The notes under the pieces: model-generated
Seen by the model: the letters and a program-made list of their open reading frames with translations, nothing else
Database searches by the model: none
What the model was told of the DNA's origin: nothing
Source of the DNA: Macrostomum lignano
Lineage: Eukaryota
Assembly: GCA_002269645.1 (NCBI GenBank)
Contig: NIVC01005080.1
Coordinates: forward strand, 25,026-51,864
Direction: 5' to 3'
Length of the DNA: 26,839 bases
Translations under genes and position numbers: made by a program
In this document: piece by piece, positions 19,830 through 26,839 of the stretch
How positions within the stretch are numbered: position 1 is the first letter of the stretch
How the letters are laid out: each line of letters begins with the position of its first letter

Positions 19830-19925
19830 CTGCAGTCGTCAACGGGCACGATGTCCATCAGCATGATGTACTTGGCCCGCTTGTCCAGGCCGGCCACCTT
19901 CACTTTGAAAGGCGGAAACATCCGG
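19830..19925 (-). CDS. tbx2/3: Tbx2/3 exon 2 (T-box)
   Basis: Acceptor tttcatttcag|C at 19926/19925. Reads (R)[31 protein letters not shown](R). Donor AG|GTGAGG at 19829. The exon is 96 bp and keeps phase 2. Confidence 0.97.
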
Positions 19926-22900
19926 CTGAAATGAAACGAGGAATAAATGCATAATTAGGCATGCATAATGCAGGCATAATTCAAAAGCCATGGGTCATAA
20001 TTCATAGTCCATAGGCCATAGGCCAAAAGACAATTCATAGGCTCTCTCGCGGAACTGCATGAAAGCAAAAATGCCATTCCAAGCTTCCCGGCTAACACAG
20101 GGCGGTATGCGTGGCACCTTCGTGGCGGCACCGAATGATGGATGGCTTGAGGGGTGGGCAGAGACGAACAGCCTGAGTTCAGTTGGTTAAACAAAGCCGG
20201 GCTGAAGTTGATTTTACACAAACACCGCCCCGCCAGATGCCAAAGTTTTGAGCAGCGGAGAGGGTGGGGCGGCTTGCAATGAGAATGAAATGGAGAGATC
20301 ACAGCAAGAGTTGACAGCTCCAGCTTGTAGTGCCAGGTGCCTTTTTCAGTACTTGACTCTCAGAGACTTTGTTTAACCTGCCTGAGCTCTCTCTCAACTC
20401 ATTTCCCAGCCCAGTGCCCCGGCCGTTGCCATGCTCTCTAGCCGGCAACTCAAGACAGGCTCGGGGCCCAGCTGAACCCGTGCATGCGGATTGCGTCAGC
20501 GGGCCTTCTTTGCCCTGCTTGACCCGGGCCAGCCACCCAGTACTGACAGATGAGCCGTTGACACTCGACCGGCCTGTTTGATGTGCGGCCCGGGCGGTGT
20601 CTTCCTCTGGTCCGGGCCTCTTAATTTGATGAGGCCGGCATTGCCGGGACGAGCCGGATGCGGCCTCTCCTGCCGGCATTCACCGCGAATTCGTGACCGG
20701 AGCCGCGGGCCCGGGGGCCACTCACGGCCAGATCAATTTCACTTAATGCACCTGGGCAAAATTGCGCAGCGAAGTGGGCGGGACCGACCGGCTGAATGGG
20801 GGGGGGGCGGCTGAGAGCCGCGCAGATTCCTGAAACGCGGGCGGGCATCGATGGCGGCGGCGCTGGCGGATCGATGCTAGCGTGCCGCTCAGCCGCCCGC
20901 TGCTCAAATGGCCGCTTTTGTGCCCGCGCCGCCGAGAGCAGGAGGAGCAGCTGAGAGCGGAGGGGGAGCCGCTTTGTCCGGCCCCGCGGCCTCATCCGCA
21001 GCTTCCACCTTTCAGCCGCGCGCATCCGCCAGGTGGGGAAGCCGGCAGAGCAGAGCAAATGTTTTCGTGATCGCTCAGGGCTGCGGCCGCCAGTTTCTCC
21101 TCCTCTGCTTTCACTTCGCGGGCCCGCGGGCGGCCCTTGCAGGGGCCACCTGACCTCATTCTCAGGATGGAGAGCCACGGGAGACTGGGTGACTAAATAT
21201 CCGGCTATGGGCCAATCTGCATCTGCAGCTTCACTTCATTTATAAATTTAAAAGGCAAAAAAGGCAACGAGAGAAACAGGGGGGGGGGGGCACAAAAGGA
21301 GCGGGAGGCCGCTGGCGAAGATGGACGAGCTGCTGCCGGGCTGCCGAGCCGTTGAATGGCCGCGGTGGCGGCGCCGCCACGCCGACAGCTCCGGGAATGA
21401 CAGCTGCTGACTGCGGGACCAGCGGGGACCCCCGCTTTACCTGTCCGCCTCGCCTCCCCCCCGCGTTGAGAGAGACAGAAAGAGAAACAGGGGCAAAAGA
21501 AGAAGACATACAACTGGAGAGGCGAACGCAAACAGACGCGCTGCTGGGAGCGATGGAGACATGCGGGAGGCTGGCTGTGCCGAGTGAATTGGCGGTGGCC
21601 ATCAATTTCCCCCCTCCGCTCCCACTGCAGCCGCCGCCGTCCCGCACCGAGGGGGGACGCCACTTATCAGGTTCGATTAGCGCTTTAGCTTGACAACTCG
21701 GCGCTCCTGTGAACGCGAGGCGCTTCAAGATGACAATCTGTTTGCGTTGGCCTCCCCTCCTCCCGCAGATAGCGGCCTCCCCTGTCTCCCTTGCATCCCC
21801 TCCCTCTGGCTGCCTTGCCGCAATGCAGCTTCACTCCGTGGCACTTGCAGTGTCGGCGGCGGCGCCCCAGCAGCCTCTCAGCCGCCTGTCTTCTTCACGG
21901 CAGCGGCGGGGGCAGCAATTTAAAAAGTCTCCCGCCAGACTGGAGCCGCCCGCCGCAAGCAAAACACGGGCCGCTCGGATTCGCAAATTCCTGCATGACC
22001 ACCGCGGTGGGGTGAAAATCGAGGGGCTATCGGGCCGCATTAATCCCCCGCCCATTGTGCAGCTGGGATCGCAGCGAACTGCAGACTCCCCGCAGCACCA
22101 TCGACCCCCCATCAGCCCGGCAGATCGCAATCTCAGGCGAGTCCGGCACCTGATCGATACCGGTCCGAGCAGGGGGGGGGGGAGCAGGTGTGGCTCTCGG
22201 CACATCCCGCACAACCCGAGAAGTGATTAAAAACTGCCTGCATACCCACTCGGGTCCGATGATCCTCTCTGGAGGAAGGAAGGGGGACATTGGCAAACCC
22301 GAGCCCGCAGTGATATCGCTGTCCAGATCAAGCGCTGCTCAATCGGGACTCAAAGGCGCCATTGGGATGACATTTAGCTGTGGCGCTGCGGTGCTGTTTG
22401 CCCAGCCACTTGACTGGGGCGCCTGAGGAGGCCTCCCGCGAGCTCAAAATATCTCGAGACACTTGAAATTTTCTCAGAGTGCCTGAACTCCGCTCGTCTG
22501 TCTGGGGTGAAAAAAGCCAAGAGAGTTGACAGAACCTGAGAACAATAAATAAACACAGGCGGCCGGGGCTCGCGTGCCCAACTGTGCGGGGCGGAGTCTG
22601 CGGGGCCGACATCTCTGCAGATGAGGCCATAAGGCTCTGATATGTGAGGACTCAAGGCCAGCTCAAGAGTTTTAATCACTTCACCAAATGCATTAAAGAC
22701 CCAGCACTGTCTGTTTGCACTGGGGTGCCCGGCATGTCGGGGCTGCCAAACTCCGGCACTTGCCACAAACAGTTCGCGGGTCGCGCTATTCACTCTCTCA
22801 CGCTGTCAGATCTTTGATGCTTTTTTGATGGAGTTTGTCATCCGCACGGCGGAGCCACGCCAGCCTCTCCTTCAGGCGGGTGACGCCCCGGCCCGGCCCT

Positions 22901-24463
22901 CTAAGCTCCGACGGCCCACGGAGCCCGGCTGCAAACAAAACCCGCAGCTCCAGGAGGCTGGCAGCCGGGCGGCGCCAGCCGGGAGGGGGTGGCGCTGGTG
23001 GCCGTCCATCTCTTTAGTCTGGGCGCAGAACTTACGCTGGGATAAACTTCCCTGGCCAGCCTCCCTTCGGCACCAACTGAAAACTCCCCCGGGGTTTCAG
23101 GACAGCAGCATCAACAGACGGCTGTTTGTCCTGCCCGAATTCTGCAGCGCTCGCTTGTTGGACAAACAGGCAACTCGCCTGGCCGCCCCGCTGCTGGCAT
23201 CAAGTGCCCAGAGTGAGCTCTTGAGCAGCGCTGTGTTGTCTGACAAGTGGAGCGCAGCTATTGGACACTCTCGAACACGCTCACACAGGCTTGTCAAGAA
23301 GCACAAAAGCTGCGCCACCCGCGGCGCCGGGCCTCCCTGCCCTCTGCAACATCTCTGCTCTCTCTCTTCACAGCCTGCATATAAAAGAAGCCAGAGCTGC
23401 AGCTCTAAAGCAGCAAGCGGAGCATCGCAGATTGCGCCGGGGTGACGCCGTCTGGACTGGCGACTTGACAGAATGAGGTGGCGGTGGCAGTGGCGGCGGG
23501 GATGAAGGAAGCGGTGGCTGTGAGCTGCCAGAAGGCGCCCCGGCCCCCCCCCCCTGTCTGCCCCGGCGTCAAGTTCTAACAATTTAAGCGATATAATCAA
23601 CGGATTTGGCGACAATCCGACACGGGGCCCGGCAGATTTAGTGGCCAGATAAGGCCCGGCTGTAGGGGTCCCATTGTGACCCATTGTGCCCATGGGCTCA
23701 CTCGGCAAGAGAGAAGCAGATAAATGTCACCGAGCCGGCTTGCTCTGCTCATTGCTCAAGCTCCACAGCATATAAAAGGCTGTATATTTCTCAACTTGAA
23801 AACTTGCCCAACCCCCACTGATGCCAAGCAGAGATAGGGGGGGGGGCGATTCCGAGTCCTCTAGCGAGAGAACAAGGCGGAGAGAATCGGGTGAGCAAGC
23901 CGAGGGTGTCTGACAAACTTCTAAAAAGTTTTCGAGGTCGTCGGTTTTTAATGGCGGCGCCTCGGAGGCTGCCGGTGAAAGCAAGTGCCGGGCTTCCGGA
24001 GCGGCAGGGGTGAGTGAGACTGCGAGAGAACAAGACGCCAATCTTCTGAAGCAACTTGTTCTGCGCAGTGAAACTGCACCCGCGTTTCGCTATTCCAGTG
24101 TTTGCTTCGAGCTGTTTATGGAGTTAGCAGGGCTTGGGAAGGCAATAAAATCCCCCGCCTGAGCTGCTTGGCGGTTGGCGCCAGCGGCCGCTGAATTGAT
24201 GCGGCAGATTGCCGCTCTCTAATCCGCTTGAAGACGGGGGGAACCTGCATGCACCCACCAGATCTCCGGGATCAGGGGGGCGGGACTCTGACTGCTGAGA
24301 CGATTTCGAATTGCCTGCCATTGGATTTCTATGGCAGTCTGTATTAATAAAACTGCCCGTGTTGATGAGAGTTTATGAGGCTTCGAACACTGCTTATGTT
24401 ATACAGTAGCTTGATGCTCATCTTAGCAATCTTAGCTGAGCCCAATTACCTCCTGATGTCCTT

Positions 24464-24990
24464 CAGTTGGCGCTACCCCTACAGTTGGCGCTACCCCCTA
24501 TATTTGGCGCTACCCCTACAGTTGGCGCTACCCCCTATAGTTGGCGCTACCTCTATAGTTGGCGCTACCCATTGTTGGCGCTACCCCTATAGTTGGCGCT
24601 ACCCCCTATAGTTGGCGCTACCCCTATAGTTGGCGCTACCCCTATAGTTGGCGCTACCCCTATAGTTGGCGCTACCCCTATAGTTGGCGCTACCCCTATA
24701 GTTGGCGCTACCCTATAGTTGGCGGGTTGACGCTACCCATTGAAAATGGCGCTATCGAGATCTTTGGCGCTACCTATTGAAATAGCGCTATCCAGATCTT
24801 TGGCGCTACCCCTACAGTTGGCGGTTGGCGCTACCATTGAAAATGGCGCTATCCAGATCTTTGGCGCTACCCCTACAGTTGGCGGGTTGGCGCTACCCAT
24901 TGAAAGTGGCGCTATCCAGATCTTTGGCGCTACCCTACAACCGTGCTACCCCTTGAAATTGGCGCTACCTTTACCGTTAGCGTTACCCCA
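24464..24990. repeat. 18-bp minisatellite (TAGTTGGCGCTACCCCTA) grading into about 60-bp higher-order units, T-box intron 1
   Basis: The WRYPYS 6-aa periodicity equals 18 bp up to about 24720. After that come cassettes TTGAAAATGGCGCTATCCAGATCTTTGGCGCTACC. Confidence 0.95.
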
Positions 24991-25139
24991 GTTGGCTCTA
25001 CCTCTCAAATAATGATTATTAATACCAAGCCTTGAATGTCTGCCGGGACGGCAACTGAGACTCGTCACTCTGGGTCTGGGTTTTATGAGGAAAAATTCAA
25101 TTCTAGAAAAAACCGGCAGTGCAGCGGCCCGAGACTCAC

Positions 25140-25630
25140 CGGCCACTCTGGTGATGACCATCTCGGTGCCGAAGCCGTGGAACTGATCCACAACTCCTTC
25201 TCCACCAGCTCCACCTTCGGTCGTCGGTCACCTCCGCCTGCTGCTGCTGCTGCTCCTCCGCGGTCGGCGGCTCGAAAGTTCCTCAGCAGGCCGGCGGCGG
25301 GCATGTGCGGGCGAGAACAGCTCCGACGGCATCAGCGCGGCGGCCCAGAGAAGCCGCCGATCGTCTTGATGGCCGTCGAGCCTGCCGTGGATGAAGTTCC
25401 TCCGCCGCTGGCCCCGCCGCCGCCTCCGCCAGAAGAAGCGGCAGAGCTGGCAGCGGCGGCTGCGGCGGCTGCAGCGGCAGCGGCGGCGGCAGCGGCCATG
25501 AAGCCGGGGTGGGGTGGTGGGCGGCAGCGGCACCGGTCGGGTGGTGCGGCGGGAAGCCAAAGTAGCCGGGCAGCAGCGGCAGCTCGGCGGCCGAGCTGGG
25601 GAAGCCGCCGACGAAGGGGTTGAAGGACAT
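25140..25630 (-). CDS. tbx2/3: Tbx2/3 exon 1 (N-terminus and start of the T-box), broken by about 7 single-base indels as written
   Basis: ATG at 25630 gives MSFNPF (cf. Tbx2/3 MAYHPF). Fragments in alternating frames rebuild ...GFMAAAA...[33 protein letters not shown]. Donor CG|GTGAGT at 25139 matches the phase of exon 2. Confidence 0.85.
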
Positions 25631-25749
25631 CGCCAGCGGGAACTGCAGCTGCTCGGAGATGAAGTGGCTTGGCTGGGCAGGCTGGGGTTCCCAGAGGAGC
25701 TCCGGCACAAATTGTTGAGTTTTTGCTGAGAATCCCGCGGCCTCGCATT

Positions 25750-25820
25750 TCCTATTTAATAGCCGGCTTTGCAGAGCACTGCAGAGGCTGCCCCCCCCTA
25801 CGCGCGGCCCGGATTGGCTG
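25750..25820 (-). promoter_or_regulatory. Candidate T-box core promoter: CCAAT box and TATA-like element
   Basis: CCAAT at 25817-25813 and TATTAAATA at about 25761-25753 on the minus strand. Order and spacing are typical, about 125 bp upstream of the ATG. Motif-level evidence only. Confidence 0.4.
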
Positions 25821-26839
25821 GCGGGAGGGCCAGACGCCCCGTGAAGCCAATGGCCTGCAGGCGTCAAGATTCGGCAGAGTGGCACCAGGCCGCTGCTGCC
25901 CCCACCCGCACCTTGGCGCTAAATTGTATCGCTTGCCGCCTGCCCACCCACCCCTCCAGGCTCTTTCCTTGCTTTTTGCGTGCAACAAAAAGGCTAAAAG
26001 CAGAGCCCAAGCAATAGATGGGAAACAGAGATAACAGGAGAAATCATAATAATTCCCACTGCGCTTTCCTGGGCGCCACTGCGGCAGTGGTTGGGAATAA
26101 TTTATTGGCGTGTCCTGTCGAGTTCGCTGTTCGCTGTTGTTTTTGTTGTTGTTGTTGTGGCGAGTTGGGCTGACTTCCCTGTTTTATCTGCTTTTTATAA
26201 AGACTTGTTTTGAGGGGAGTTATAAAATTCAGGTTAATAACAATGCTGACTGTTCCCTGCTCTGCGCATGGATAATTAAAATGTTGTCGCAAGCAGGCGC
26301 TGCTTGCTCAGGCATTCACGGCCGGCACGCAGACTGCAGCGCCAGACGGCAAGCTGTGGAATTTAGCAGAGAAACTGCCGACTCAATCACCGCCTGTGCC
26401 AGGTGAACTGACCCGTGAGCCGCTAATGCCGGGGCTGTAAAGGCTGCCTGGGCCCGCGCGTCAAGTCAAATTAAGCCTGCAATTGTCTATGGCCGCGGCC
26501 CTCCATCAAGCCCGGCCCATTCCGTGACCCAAGGGCGCAGATCGGCATCGCGTTGCGCTCCCCTTCCCCCCCTGTTCTGTAATGGCCGCCCGACATGTTA
26601 CAACAGCAATACAACAATGATTAACAATTATTGTTTCCTCAGGCCAGTCGGGTAGATTGGGGGCCATAATTAACCCGGATGATGTGAGTGGCTGCCCGTC
26701 CTGCGCACCCCGCGTTACAAATACTTTTGTCATCCAGCGCTGCCTCACTTAAGCAAACAGCTCTTCACTCCCGGACTGAGAAGCGCCGAAGCTAGCGCGA
26801 CTTTTACGGCGCCTCGAGCCTCGATGGGGAGACACTCGA

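Noticed and set aside
24464-24990. CRISPR-like repeat/spacer pattern, and Brinker sites (TGGCGCT) by analogy with Drosophila omb
   Set aside because: There are no unique spacers or cas genes and the context is eukaryotic. Brinker is known from arthropods, and GGCGCT does not fit the Mad/Smad GRCGNC consensus.

Overview
Eukaryotic (animal) genomic DNA with two intron-containing genes, both on the minus strand. (1) A Tbx2/3 (omb-type) T-box transcription factor: 6 coding exons from 25630 to 12449, about 732 aa once apparent indels in exon 1 are corrected. (2) A class I cyclic-nucleotide phosphodiesterase most similar to PDE7: 4 visible coding exons from 4600 to 1379, about 426 aa. Splice sites and phases were worked out by hand and join cleanly. 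Most introns and the intergenic spacer carry unrelated minisatellites with 7- to 55-bp units, and these explain most of the long ORFs in the supplied track. Just upstream of the PDE gene are a decayed Crypton-type tyrosine-recombinase fragment, a 139-bp palindrome centred on GCGAAGC, and a CORE-like tRNA-derived SINE. The most notable signal is a 21-bp minisatellite in intron 3 of the T-box gene whose unit carries the T-box binding half-site AGGTGTGA at two-helical-turn spacing, a candidate autoregulatory array. GC-rich exons, minisatellite-filled introns and homopolymer indels would fit the flatworm Macrostomum lignano in a long-read assembly; this is inference and unverified. No CRISPR, rRNA or intact tRNA was found.
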